Shown here: in pieces, positions 50,565-60,002 of the stretch
Layout of the letters: every line of letters begins with the position of its first letter
Position numbering within the stretch: the first letter of the stretch is position 1
Assembly (NCBI GenBank): GCA_965221955.1
Contig: CBDCTA010000029.1
Span: forward strand, 160,001 to 224,000
Length of the DNA stretch: 64,000 nt
Direction: 5' to 3'
DNA from: Gammaproteobacteria bacterium
GTDB taxonomy: Bacteria; Pseudomonadota; Gammaproteobacteria; UBA4575
The notes under the pieces: model-generated
What the model was told of the DNA's origin: nothing
Database searches by the model: none
What the model saw: only the letters and a program-made list of their open reading frames with translations
Position numbers and translations under genes: made by a program

Positions 50565-50734
50565 GGTGATAACCTCGTTATGGTGGTGACTAGATTTATT
50601 ATTGATCTAGTTCATATATGTTATTCAGAATAGTCTAGGTAAATTTTAAATCATATTCATAGTTTGTTGATAGTCCAATGATAATTAGAAACGATTTTTT
50701 GCATCATATACAAACTGTTTAACAAAAGTTACAT

Positions 50735-51799
50735 ATGCGAGACATCATTCATATTGATATGGACGCATTTTATGCTGCGGTGGAGCAAAGAGATTTCCCA
50801 CAATACCGTAATAAGCCTGTGGTTGTTGGTGGGGATCCAGATAAACGTGGAGTAGTGGCTACCTGTAGTTATGAAGCACGCAAATTTGGTATTCATTCTG
50901 CTATGGCTTGCGCACGAGCTATGCGCCTATGTCCGAATGCAATCTTCGTGCGTCCGCGGTTTGATGTTTATCGACAAATCTCGCAACAAATTCGAGACAT
51001 CATGTTTAGTTATACTGATTTGGTCGAACCTCTTTCACTAGATGAAGCCTATTTAGATGTCACGCATTGCAAACGTAGTTTTGGATCACCCACTTTGGTA
51101 GCGAAAGCGATTAAAAATGAAATACAACAAGTCACGGGTTTAACTGCTTCGGCAGGCGTTTCATATAATAAGTTCATTGCCAAAATCGCTTCAGATATGG
51201 ATAAACCAGATGGCTTAACCTTGATTACGCAAAAACAAGGGCCAAATTTTGTAAAGCAATTGGCTATTGGTAAATTTCATGGCATAGGGCCTGCGACTGA
51301 AACAAAAATGCAAGACTTAGGTATATACACGGGCGAAGATTTATTAGCTTGGAGTTTGGAGGAGCTAAAAGCAATTTTTGGTAAAGTAAGTGAGTACTAC
51401 TACCATGCGGCACGAGGAGTAGATCAGCGCCAAGTGGAAAGCCACCGGCAGCGTAAATCAATCGGTTCGGAAAAAACCTACAGTGAAGATGTGTCCGACG
51501 AATCTGAAATGCTATTGAGATTAGAAAAGCTTGCATCCGAAGTGTGGCAGGATATGCAAGCAAAAAATATCAGTGCTCGAACGATTACTGTAAAAGTTAA
51601 GTTCGATAACTTTGCTCAGGTGACTCGAGCTGTCACGTTGAACCAAAATATCGCTAAGCTTGAGGATATCACTTCTCAGCTGAACGAGCTGTTGCACAAG
51701 GCCGAGGTTCGCGGGCGACGTGTGCGATTATTGGGTGTTTCAGTGTCTAAATTAACCTTGTTAGAGCAGCTGGATGAAGAGCAGCTCAATCTCTTGTAA
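50735..51799 (+). CDS. dinB: DNA polymerase IV
   Basis: IIHIDMDAFYAAVE, SYEAR.FG, SLDEAYLDV, SDMDKPDG. Confidence 0.96.
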   Translation: MRDIIHIDMDAFYAAVEQRDFPQYRNKPVVVGGDPDKRGVVATCSYEARKFGIHSAMACARAMRLCPNAIFVRPRFDVYRQISQQIRDIMFSYTDLVEPLSLDEAYLDVTHCKRSFGSPTLVAKAIKNEIQQVTGLTASAGVSYNKFIAKIASDMDKPDGLTLITQKQGPNFVKQLAIGKFHGIGPATETKMQDLGIYTGEDLLAWSLEELKAIFGKVSEYYYHAARGVDQRQVESHRQRKSIGSEKTYSEDVSDESEMLLRLEKLASEVWQDMQAKNISARTITVKVKFDNFAQVTRAVTLNQNIAKLEDITSQLNELLHKAEVRGRRVRLLGVSVSKLTLLEQLDEEQLNLL

Positions 51800-52050
51800 A
51801 AGACCTATTTTTGAGTGATTTTTATGCGCTAAAAGTACTCCGCTAAATACCCTATTTTTAGTGCACCTAATGCACTGAAAGCCAACACAAACAAGCTCCT
51901 CTTATATTGTGTACCCATATTGTAGACGGTGTGGCCTTGTAGTAATGTTTACTTAAAGGGAGTGATACTTATATATATCACATCATCAACCTGCTCATTT
52001 GTCGCCTATTAATTATCAGCGTATCAAAATGAGTAGCGGAGGAGATTCAA

Positions 52051-54345
52051 ATGCAGACCGATAAAATTAAAGCGCCCGAAGGGCATTCTATTCACCATGT
52101 AACTTGCCCACATGATTGTCCTGATTCATGTTCGATGTTGGTTACACGCGATGATTCCACTGGTAAAGCCGTACGTGTGCAAGGCGATCCAACTCATCCT
52201 ATTACGCGTGGATACTTATGTAACAAAGTAAATCATTACCTTGATTTGGTCTACAACGACAATCGTGTTTTATATCCTCACAAACGTGTTGGACCAAAAG
52301 GACCCGGTGCAAAGTTTGAACGTATTACCTGGGATGAGGCGCTCGATACCATTACTGACAATTTTAAGAGTGTGATCAGTGAGTATGGTAGTGCGGCCGT
52401 ACAACCCTATTCATATTCTGGAACCATGGGAATGGTGGGTTATTGGACCATGGATTATCGCTTCTGGAACAAGATGCAAGCGGCAGGATTGGTGCAGTCG
52501 ATTTGTATTTATGCTGCGATGTGGGCGGATTTGCACACTTATGGATTAGCCCACTCCAATATGTCAGTGCATGAAGCGGCACAAGAAGCAGATTTAATGA
52601 TTCTTTGGGGTGCTAATCTAGTAAGTACTGGTGTACATGCGATCCCATTTATACGTGAAGCCAAAGAACGTGGCATGAAGTTAATTGTAATCGACCCACG
52701 TGTTACACGTACTACGATGATGGCGGATTGGCACATCCAACCGAAGCCCGGAACAGATGCTGCATTGGCGTTAGGTATGATGAAAGTCATCGTCGATGCA
52801 GGTAAACATGATTTAGACTTCCTTAAAGAACAAACCAATGGTTGGGAAGCATTAATCGAAACCAAACTTCCAGATTATCCATTAGATAAAGTTGAAGAAA
52901 TAACAGGAGTTCCCGCAGCAGACATCGAAAAACTAGCGTTGGAATATGCCTCAACGAAGAAAACTTGTATCCGTGCTAATTACGGATTAAATCGTCACCA
53001 GAATGCTGGTCAAATGTGTCGAGCTATTTTAATACTTCCGTGTATTACCGGTGCATGGCGCGAAAAATGTGGCGGCGTAAGTTTTGGTACTTTGAATGAA
53101 ATGTGGTTCCGTTGTATGAGTGATGCATTGCATCGCCCTGATCTTGGAAAACGCAAGCGCGCTATTAATATGGTGCAGATAGGTCGGGCCTTGTCTGAAA
53201 ATATTGGAGCGGATGGTGAACAACTTGATCCGCCTATTAAAAGTATCTTTGTATACAACTCAGACCCTGCTAATTGTGCACCAAATACCAATGCAGTGCG
53301 TAAAGGTTTTATGCGCGATGATTTGTTTGTCGCAGTGCATGAAACTTTTTGGACCGATACCTGTAACTATGCAGACATAGTGATCCCAGCGGATACACAG
53401 CTAGAGCGTATGGATATGGTAGCCACTTATGGCAACTGGTATTTCACTATGAATAAGCCGGTGATCGAGCCGCTTGGCGAGAGTGTGCGTAATTCTGAGT
53501 TGTTTCGTATGTTAGCCAAGAAGATGGATTATGTTGAAGAAGGAGATAATGCCTTTACACAAACGGATGAAGAAATTATTCGTGATGTATTGTGTGATGA
53601 AGGTAAAAACAACTTGCTCATGGAAGGTATTAAGTATGAAGACTTTGAAAACAAAGGCTTTGTACGCGCGAATACCGCCACAGAAAGTCGAAATTTCATG
53701 AAAAATGGCTGGCCAACTCCTTCAGGTAAAATTGATATTTGGTGTGAAGCGTTAAAAGAAGAAGGTATAGATCCATTACCAACCTATGTGCCTGAAATTG
53801 AAGGACAAGAAGATCCCAAGCGTAAGAAGTATCCGTTACAAGTTTTAAGTAGCGCGTCACACTATTTTATTGGTGATTCATTCCAATCCGTACCACGCTT
53901 ACAAGCAATGATGTCTAGACCGACGGTCGAGCTAAACCCAAATGAAGCTAAAAAACGTGGTTTAGAAGATGGCGATTTGTGCCGAATTTACAATGATCGT
54001 GGAGAAACCTATGCTTATCTTGTCGTCATTGAAGGGCATGTGGATGGTATCTGTTCTACTCAAAAGCAGTTTAAAGGCAGTAACACTCCAGGTGGTGTTA
54101 ACGTTAATGCGCTTAATACTGAGATGCTTACAGACTTTGGTACCAGTCCAACGTTTTATTCTTGTTTGGCAGAAGTAGAAAAAGCTAGCGAAGATATGCG
54201 TATACAAGCGTTGCTGAAAGAATGGGGTGGTAAAAAAGGCTATATCAAGAAGTGGCGTGAAGATCCGCGTAATGAGGGTGTAGAAGCGAGTGATGATGAA
54301 ATTATTGCTTTTGCTGAAAAGCAGCATCCAGGAGTGTTTAGCTAA
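52051..54345 (+). CDS. Cytoplasmic Mo/W-bisPGD oxidoreductase (DMSO reductase superfamily, uncharacterised clade)
   Basis: TCPHDCPDSC...C.K FS0 motif, ITWDEALD, PGTDAALALG, TPSGK; no Tat signal. Confidence 0.9.
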   Translation: MQTDKIKAPEGHSIHHVTCPHDCPDSCSMLVTRDDSTGKAVRVQGDPTHPITRGYLCNKVNHYLDLVYNDNRVLYPHKRVGPKGPGAKFERITWDEALDTITDNFKSVISEYGSAAVQPYSYSGTMGMVGYWTMDYRFWNKMQAAGLVQSICIYAAMWADLHTYGLAHSNMSVHEAAQEADLMILWGANLVSTGVHAIPFIREAKERGMKLIVIDPRVTRTTMMADWHIQPKPGTDAALALGMMKVIVDAGKHDLDFLKEQTNGWEALIETKLPDYPLDKVEEITGVPAADIEKLALEYASTKKTCIRANYGLNRHQNAGQMCRAILILPCITGAWREKCGGVSFGTLNEMWFRCMSDALHRPDLGKRKRAINMVQIGRALSENIGADGEQLDPPIKSIFVYNSDPANCAPNTNAVRKGFMRDDLFVAVHETFWTDTCNYADIVIPADTQLERMDMVATYGNWYFTMNKPVIEPLGESVRNSELFRMLAKKMDYVEEGDNAFTQTDEEIIRDVLCDEGKNNLLMEGIKYEDFENKGFVRANTATESRNFMKNGWPTPSGKIDIWCEALKEEGIDPLPTYVPEIEGQEDPKRKKYPLQVLSSASHYFIGDSFQSVPRLQAMMSRPTVELNPNEAKKRGLEDGDLCRIYNDRGETYAYLVVIEGHVDGICSTQKQFKGSNTPGGVNVNALNTEMLTDFGTSPTFYSCLAEVEKASEDMRIQALLKEWGGKKGYIKKWREDPRNEGVEASDDEIIAFAEKQHPGVFS

Positions 54346-54413
54346 ATACTTAAATTAATATTTAAGATAAATCTGCTAAAAATAAAAAAGGATAAAATAG
54401 GAGTACATTTAAA

Positions 54414-55547
54414 ATGGCGACGGCACAAAAAAACTTTCATGATCCTTTTGATCAATTTATAAGAAAGCTACCCGAACCTAATCGTGACATTCAAACCAAA
54501 CGCGTAACAGTCAACCAAGGCATTATTAAAAGTGTTGAAAACCTCACTTACGATACGTACAAAGTTGTAATTAAGTGTAACGATGATTCTAAACAAATTG
54601 TGTTTAAGGCAGGGCAATATGCAACGATCACGGTGCCTGGTTGTAGAAAACCGCGCTCATATTCCTTTGCGTTGGCACCTGAAAATGAAAATAAAAACGA
54701 ATATTCGTTTTTTATTCGTTTAGTGCATGGGGGTAAGTTGTCAAGTTGGATAGCTCAAGAAAATCGTGAAGGTGAGCATGTAAAAATTTCAGGCCCTCTA
54801 GGAAAATTTGGGCTTGATTCATCTAACAAGACGATGGTTTGTATTGCTGGTGGTAGTGGTATGAGTGCTATCAATGCGATCGTTGAACAAGCATGTCAAG
54901 ACCAAGTAGAAAGAGACTGCTATTTCTTTTATGGAGCGCGCACACAAGCGGATTTATATCTACAAGAAGAAATGCAAGAGATAGCACGCAAGTGGAATAA
55001 AAATCACACCTTCAAATTTATTCCAGTATTGTCTGAAGAAGCTGAAGATAGTGATTGGGATGGACCACGCGGCTTCGTAACCGATCACTTCAAGAATGAA
55101 TATCTAAGCAAAGGTGTTGTTTCAGTAAACGATATGAAAGCTTTTTTCTGTGGTCCGCCGGTCATGATTGATCTTGGCGTTGAGGCGCTACAAGAAGCGG
55201 GCTTAGCAGATGAAAATATATATTTCGATAAATTTGAGGATTCGCGTTCACCTGCACCTGTAGTGGATAACACGAAATGCGTGTTGTGTGATGAATGCTT
55301 GATGGTGAAACCCACTCCAAACTGTTTGGTTGAGGCGACAAATTTTATAACTAATGGTGGTGGCAAGGTATCAAGTTTTGAACGAGTGACACCGGCTAAA
55401 ACATCAGGTTTGTACTATAACTCTCTATTCATTGATGAAAATGAATGTATAAGATGTTTTGCGTGTGTTGAGGCGTGTCCACATGATGCGATATCAGTTG
55501 ATTATGATAAGGTTCCTAAGACCCTTAGGAGAATCTCAAAGAATTAA
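54414..55547 (+). CDS. FAD/NAD(P)H reductase (XylA/DmpP-like core) with a C-terminal 4Fe-4S ferredoxin domain
   Basis: RSYS, GG..S, AGGSG, YGART..DLY, CGPP, then CxxCxxC and CxxCxxCxxxCP. Confidence 0.88.
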   Translation: MATAQKNFHDPFDQFIRKLPEPNRDIQTKRVTVNQGIIKSVENLTYDTYKVVIKCNDDSKQIVFKAGQYATITVPGCRKPRSYSFALAPENENKNEYSFFIRLVHGGKLSSWIAQENREGEHVKISGPLGKFGLDSSNKTMVCIAGGSGMSAINAIVEQACQDQVERDCYFFYGARTQADLYLQEEMQEIARKWNKNHTFKFIPVLSEEAEDSDWDGPRGFVTDHFKNEYLSKGVVSVNDMKAFFCGPPVMIDLGVEALQEAGLADENIYFDKFEDSRSPAPVVDNTKCVLCDECLMVKPTPNCLVEATNFITNGGGKVSSFERVTPAKTSGLYYNSLFIDENECIRCFACVEACPHDAISVDYDKVPKTLRRISKN

Positions 55548-55597
55548 ATTTGTATAGAAATTAACGTGAATCGAATTTTAAGTTTGTTTTAGTATCT

Positions 55598-55636
55598 AAA
55601 AAAGCTGCTATTGTTTACTCATTAGCGGCTTTTTTT
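55598..55636 (+). terminator. Intrinsic terminator closing the two-gene oxidoreductase operon
   Basis: aaaaaagctgcta...tagcggcttttttt. Confidence 0.75.
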
Positions 55637-55680
55637 ATGCGTGTAAAATTTAGGAATTATTTTTTTATTTATGCAGTCTA

Positions 55681-56781
55681 ATGAATTGCATATCTGCGTT
55701 AGATGGAGTTTTTATTATGTGTGAGACAAATAGACTGAAGGCAATTTTTGCTGTTTTTTTTGCGTCAATCATATTTTTTGCAACAGGAGTATTTATGGCT
55801 GCCATGTCATCTTCACAGAAAGTGCATACCCCTATGGTTGAGGAGATTGGTGAGCTTAATGATGAAGAATTGCTAAAAATGGAGAAGGAGCTTCAAAAGC
55901 CAATTAAAGAATCTGGGCGATTTACTAAAGGCGTTTTGTGGAAGATAGAAAAAGATAAAGAATTCATTGGTTATATATTTGGCACCATTCATATGAATGA
56001 CAAGCGTGTCAATGAAGTTCGCAAAAATATTATTGATAAGTTTGATGCCATGAATAGTTTTGCCATGGAGTCATTTCCTAGTGATCATTATTGGAATCCA
56101 TACCATGGTGGGCAAATGATTAAAGGCGATATGACTTTACCAAGAGGTCAAACTCTGGAAGGGCTGATAGGTAAAGATCTCTATGCACGGGTAGAAGAAA
56201 TCCTTTTAGACCTTGGTTTAGATAAGCAAACTATTTTGCATCTGAAGCCATGGGCAGCAATGCGTAGTTTTGCCGTAAAAGCGGAAAATACTGAGGATTT
56301 AATTCTTGATTATGAGCTTTTAGATCGGGCAGCGGCACAAAGGAAAGAGCTTTATCAAGTAGAAAGTATCGAAGAATTCCTAGTTACTTTTTATGCCATG
56401 CCTGAAGATGTACAAATTAAATTGCTTGAATTTACGCTGGAAAGTTATTCTCAAATGCGTGCGACGATTAATATGATGTTAGAAGCTTATTTAGAAGAAG
56501 ATTTAACCAAAATGTATAACATTAGTACAAATTTCATTCCTAATAAGCCAGAAAACAAAAGATATCGGGAAACTTATTTAAAGCACGTAGTTAAGGATAG
56601 AAATGTAGTAATGGAACACTATATGCGCAAACCTATGCGTGAGAAGAAGACTTTTATTGCGGTAGGCGCGTTACATCTTTATGGAGATCAAGGAATATTG
56701 GCATTGATGGAAAAAGATGGCTATCAAGTAACACGCGTACCTATTGATAAAAAAGCAGATATTGAAAAGACGAAGAGCTAA
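55681..56781 (+). CDS. TraB/GumN family protein
   Basis: LWKI...YIFGTIH, LKPW, RN..M, F.AVGALHL.G..G. Confidence 0.88.
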   Translation: MNCISALDGVFIMCETNRLKAIFAVFFASIIFFATGVFMAAMSSSQKVHTPMVEEIGELNDEELLKMEKELQKPIKESGRFTKGVLWKIEKDKEFIGYIFGTIHMNDKRVNEVRKNIIDKFDAMNSFAMESFPSDHYWNPYHGGQMIKGDMTLPRGQTLEGLIGKDLYARVEEILLDLGLDKQTILHLKPWAAMRSFAVKAENTEDLILDYELLDRAAAQRKELYQVESIEEFLVTFYAMPEDVQIKLLEFTLESYSQMRATINMMLEAYLEEDLTKMYNISTNFIPNKPENKRYRETYLKHVVKDRNVVMEHYMRKPMREKKTFIAVGALHLYGDQGILALMEKDGYQVTRVPIDKKADIEKTKS

Positions 56782-56807
56782 TCTCGTCTCACTAACAGCT
56801 CAATGTA

Positions 56808-57431
56808 ATGCTTAATAACAGAATTGCAGCAACACTAATTATCTTATTAGTTGCTAGTAATGTAAGTATGTCTGCTGAAGACATTCGCTATGTTACAGAT
56901 GAGCTTGAAATTACTATACATCGTAAAATGAGTATGAATAGTGAGATTGTGGCACAACTAAAAAGTGGCACTCCTGTGCGTGTATTAAAAACCAATCGTG
57001 ATGCAGGTTATGTGATGGTTGGCACTGAAGATAAAAAAGTTGGCTGGATGCTAGAAAGTTTTTTGTTGAATGAGCCTGCAGGTCGTCAGCAATATCAATC
57101 TTTGAAAAAAGATTACGATAAATTAAAGAATGAGTTTGATACTCAAGTGCAAGAACGTACAGCTAAGTTATCTGCAGAACTAAATAAAGTGAAAAGTATC
57201 TCTAAGCGACCGTTGGAGCTACAAAAAGAAAATCAACAATTAAAAGAATTGCTAGAAAAAGAGCGTGCTCAAACTGAAGAGATTAAACGAGAAAATCGTG
57301 CATTTAAGTCGATTCACAAAGATCGGCAATGGTTTATTACAGGCGCATTGATTGCAATTTGCAGTTTAGTATTGGGTTTGATTATAACTAAAATCCCTTG
57401 GCGTAGACGCAAAAGCTGGGGTGAGTTATAA
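56808..57431 (+). CDS. SH3 domain protein (TIGR04211/YgiM-like)
   Basis: Signal peptide, YVTDEL, L.SGTPV, GW, coiled coil, C-terminal TM then RRRKSW. Confidence 0.88.
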   Translation: MLNNRIAATLIILLVASNVSMSAEDIRYVTDELEITIHRKMSMNSEIVAQLKSGTPVRVLKTNRDAGYVMVGTEDKKVGWMLESFLLNEPAGRQQYQSLKKDYDKLKNEFDTQVQERTAKLSAELNKVKSISKRPLELQKENQQLKELLEKERAQTEEIKRENRAFKSIHKDRQWFITGALIAICSLVLGLIITKIPWRRRKSWGEL

Positions 57432-57496
57432 GTTTTAAATATGTTCAGCCCAAGCTAAGCGATGAGGTTTACCTGAAAACGTATATATAAAAGGAT

Positions 57497-58141
57497 CTAG
57501 AGACCTTGCATAAGCACAGGTAAATTTCTTGCTTGGCCAATCATCAGTTCTAAAGATCTTGGGTCGGGCACTTCTTTTACACGTTTTTGTTCATCATTGG
57601 AACTCAATAAATTATTATATAGAGTGTTTGTGTCTTGTTGACCTAAGTCTTGTACAGAATCAATACCTGCATATACCATTAATTCAGCAAACTGACCTTC
57701 AATTCCACTGACTCGCATCAAGTCACACATACTTGCCCATTTGCTCACTACGAAGTCTTCGATGCCAATGTGGTTGGCAACCTCTATACGGCCATCCATT
57801 TGACAACACTTCTGCAATAGTTGTTGGGTCGTGGCAATGCCTTTATCACGAAGCTTGTTACCGTAACTTTTTCCTATACCTTCTACTTCTTCTATTTCAT
57901 AGCTAGTCTGTTCAGCTTTAGAAATCAATCCTGCTGCGGTGCCCGCGGCGATAGGCTTGTTTACTTCAGCAAGCTTTGTGGAATATTCCTGATCTTGTTC
58001 ATCTAATTTCTTTTTCCAGCTTGCATCGAGATCATCAAGTTTTGTGCAGCATGAACTTTTTGCTAGCCACCATCCGAAAACCGCACCTAGCAAAGCTGCA
58101 AGTAATAAACATAGCCACATTTGTTGAATTAAATAGCTCAT
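57497..58141 (-). CDS. DUF4332-like helix-hairpin-helix protein with TM anchor
   Basis: IEEVEGIG..Y..KL...GI.T, W..MCDLMRV.GI..QFAEL. Confidence 0.85.
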   Translation of the reverse strand: MSYLIQQMWLCLLLAALLGAVFGWWLAKSSCCTKLDDLDASWKKKLDEQDQEYSTKLAEVNKPIAAGTAAGLISKAEQTSYEIEEVEGIGKSYGNKLRDKGIATTQQLLQKCCQMDGRIEVANHIGIEDFVVSKWASMCDLMRVSGIEGQFAELMVYAGIDSVQDLGQQDTNTLYNNLLSSNDEQKRVKEVPDPRSLELMIGQARNLPVLMQGL

Positions 58142-58143
58142 TG

Positions 58144-58896
58144 TTAAAGCCCCTCTACATTAAATTCTATTCTTCTGTTTTTTGCTTTACCTGCATCGGT
58201 TTCATTATCCGCTATTGGCTTGGTTTCACCGTAACCTATAGCAGATAAGCGACTTGCTTCAACGCCGTTGTTGATCAAATGGTCCATTACGGCAGTAGCA
58301 CGTGCTTGACTTAATAGTAAGTTGTAGTCATCGTCGCCGCTAGCATCGGTATGCCCTCTAATCTCAATTTTTGCTTCAGAGCACTGATTGGCAATATCGG
58401 TTAAATCGTTTAATAAAGCATGACTTGACGGGTCAATATCAGCACTATTCGTTGCAAAATTAATTTTATTTAGATTTAGTAAAACATCAAAGTCTTGCTG
58501 ACAAGTATATTCAGGGAGAGGCTCTAGCTTAGGTTTTAGAATTTCTGCGTCTATTTCTTTTTTTGCAGTATCTGTATCAGAGACAGGTTCTAATTCTGTA
58601 ACAGGTTCTTCTATAGAGGCGATAGTAAGTTGATTGTCTACCGTGTGAACACCGTATACTTGTTTGGCGTGTTGTTCTGCCTTTTGTTTGATTTTATCGC
58701 TTGCGACTTCACCCGTGAGGACGATATCACGACCATCCGTTACGATGTCTATATCATCTATGCCTAGTTCAGCAAGGGATGCATGAAGGCGGGTATCGAT
58801 GTCAATTTGAATAATAGTGCTGCGCTCATAGATGCAAAAATAGCCAAGGATAGCGAGCAATAATAAACCTAGTAATACAATCAAGGCTTTATTCAT
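58144..58896 (-). CDS. BON plus OmpA-like peptidoglycan-binding protein
   Basis: L.GEV...GV..VDNQL; GHTD...N..LS..RA; GYGE..PIADN; NRRIE. Confidence 0.92.
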   Translation of the reverse strand: MNKALIVLLGLLLLAILGYFCIYERSTIIQIDIDTRLHASLAELGIDDIDIVTDGRDIVLTGEVASDKIKQKAEQHAKQVYGVHTVDNQLTIASIEEPVTELEPVSDTDTAKKEIDAEILKPKLEPLPEYTCQQDFDVLLNLNKINFATNSADIDPSSHALLNDLTDIANQCSEAKIEIRGHTDASGDDDYNLLLSQARATAVMDHLINNGVEASRLSAIGYGETKPIADNETDAGKAKNRRIEFNVEGL

Positions 58897-59002
58897 TAGA
58901 ACTCTCCATCACGTTATTTTTAGTCTTGTTTTGTAATGAAACACTGCTGAGGAATGCTAAAAAACTGGTATGTTTCGAAAAACTAAATCCAGGCTAACGC
59001 AT

Positions 59003-59269
59003 TCATAATTTGTTTGCAATCATAAAATATTGCTTAAGCTTAGAGGAAGTATTTGAGCAAAATTGTAAATGCACATGAGAACCTTCTCCAAAGCATACTG
59101 TTGCAAATATGTTTTGGGGAAGCCACTCTTTTTTCATTTTTACTTTTTCTAAACGCCGTTTAGATTTATTACTTTTACGATGTATACCACCTTTGCGGAG
59201 TAAAGGATGATTGTGTAAAAGATTTCTTTGCCGAGTCAATTTAGTCGGAAACTTGATTTTATTCGACAT
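59003..59269 (-). CDS. Basic small protein, putative ArfA-like alternative ribosome-rescue factor
   Basis: ATG 59269 with ggag RBS; RNLLHNHPLLRKGGIHRKSNKSKRR...KKEW, then a hairpin-encoded tail. The CDS is fairly well supported; the function is inferred. Confidence 0.6.
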   Translation of the reverse strand: MSNKIKFPTKLTRQRNLLHNHPLLRKGGIHRKSNKSKRRLEKVKMKKEWLPQNIFATVCFGEGSHVHLQFCSNTSSKLKQYFMIANKL

Positions 59270-59291
59270 TATATTCTCCATAATTAGATTA

Positions 59292-59332
59292 ATATTCCAT
59301 AAAGGAAGTACTGAGTTATCAATACTCCCTTA
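59292..59332 (-). other. Intergenic 13-bp stem-loop upstream of the ArfA-like gene
   Basis: On the mRNA: aagggagtattga-taac-tcagtacttcctt. Confidence 0.6.
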
Positions 59333-59560
59333 TGCCGCTTCTTTCACGAGTGTTCCATCATGAATTGCTTGTTGAATGTGCTTCATGAAATACAGTGAAT
59401 TTTTCTCTGCAAATAACACCTCATCCTGCATTGTATTAACAGGTACTGGAAAGCTATATAACTTTTCACTGTATGGCACGGACACAGCGTAGTACGCAAT
59501 ACCTTTTCGGTAGCGTAAAAATTTTGCCTTACTGTTTAGTAATTTGTTTTGAATATTCAT
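59330..59560 (-). CDS. Small FPVP-motif protein (paralog B)
   Basis: RBS aggtgg; aligns with 59582..59797. Confidence 0.8.
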   Translation of the reverse strand: MNIQNKLLNSKAKFLRYRKGIAYYAVSVPYSEKLYSFPVPVNTMQDEVLFAEKNSLYFMKHIQQAIHDGTLVKEAA

Positions 59561-59581
59561 ATTCCACCTATGTAAAAAAGC

Positions 59582-59797
59582 TTACGCAGCTTTGGCTTTA
59601 TCCAATTTTTCTACATGCGCTTTGATGTAAGGGTAAAAACGATTCACACGATCTTCATTTAAGAAAACCGACTGACCTGAGCCTTTAATTGGCACAGGAA
59701 ACTTAAAACCACTTTCAGTGCGGTACCATAATTTCCCTGATAGGAAAAACATGAAGCGTACATTTTCATTATCTTGCAGAATTTGTTCTAGATTCAT
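59582..59797 (-). CDS. Small FPVP-motif protein (paralog A)
   Basis: RBS aggagg; V.F.....G.LWY.T..GF.FPVP......VFL.ED. Confidence 0.82.
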   Translation of the reverse strand: MNLEQILQDNENVRFMFFLSGKLWYRTESGFKFPVPIKGSGQSVFLNEDRVNRFYPYIKAHVEKLDKAKAA

Positions 59798-59920
59798 TAC
59801 ATGCCTCCTAAGTTAAGTACGTTAATAAAATCCTCTAGTTGGATTATCAATATTGATTTCTAGGTCATTATTGATATTCATAGCCCACATAAATGGGCAA
59901 TAAATTCATGATGGGTCAAT

Positions 59921-59954
59921 AAAAAACCCCGGTGCTCACGCTGCCGGGGTTTTT
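59921..59954 (-). terminator. Terminator inside the 5' leader (attenuator candidate)
   Basis: mRNA aaaaaccccgg-cagcgtgagca-ccggggtttttt, located between the leader ORF and the operon. Confidence 0.85.
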
Positions 59955-60002
59955 AATGTTTCCGGAAGGTAAGCTGCACCTTCCGATTAATTTGGAAGGT
60001 TG

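Noticed and set aside
50690-50734. LexA box upstream of dinB
   Set aside because: ctgtttaacaaaagtt lacks the right-hand CAG half of CTG-N10-CAG
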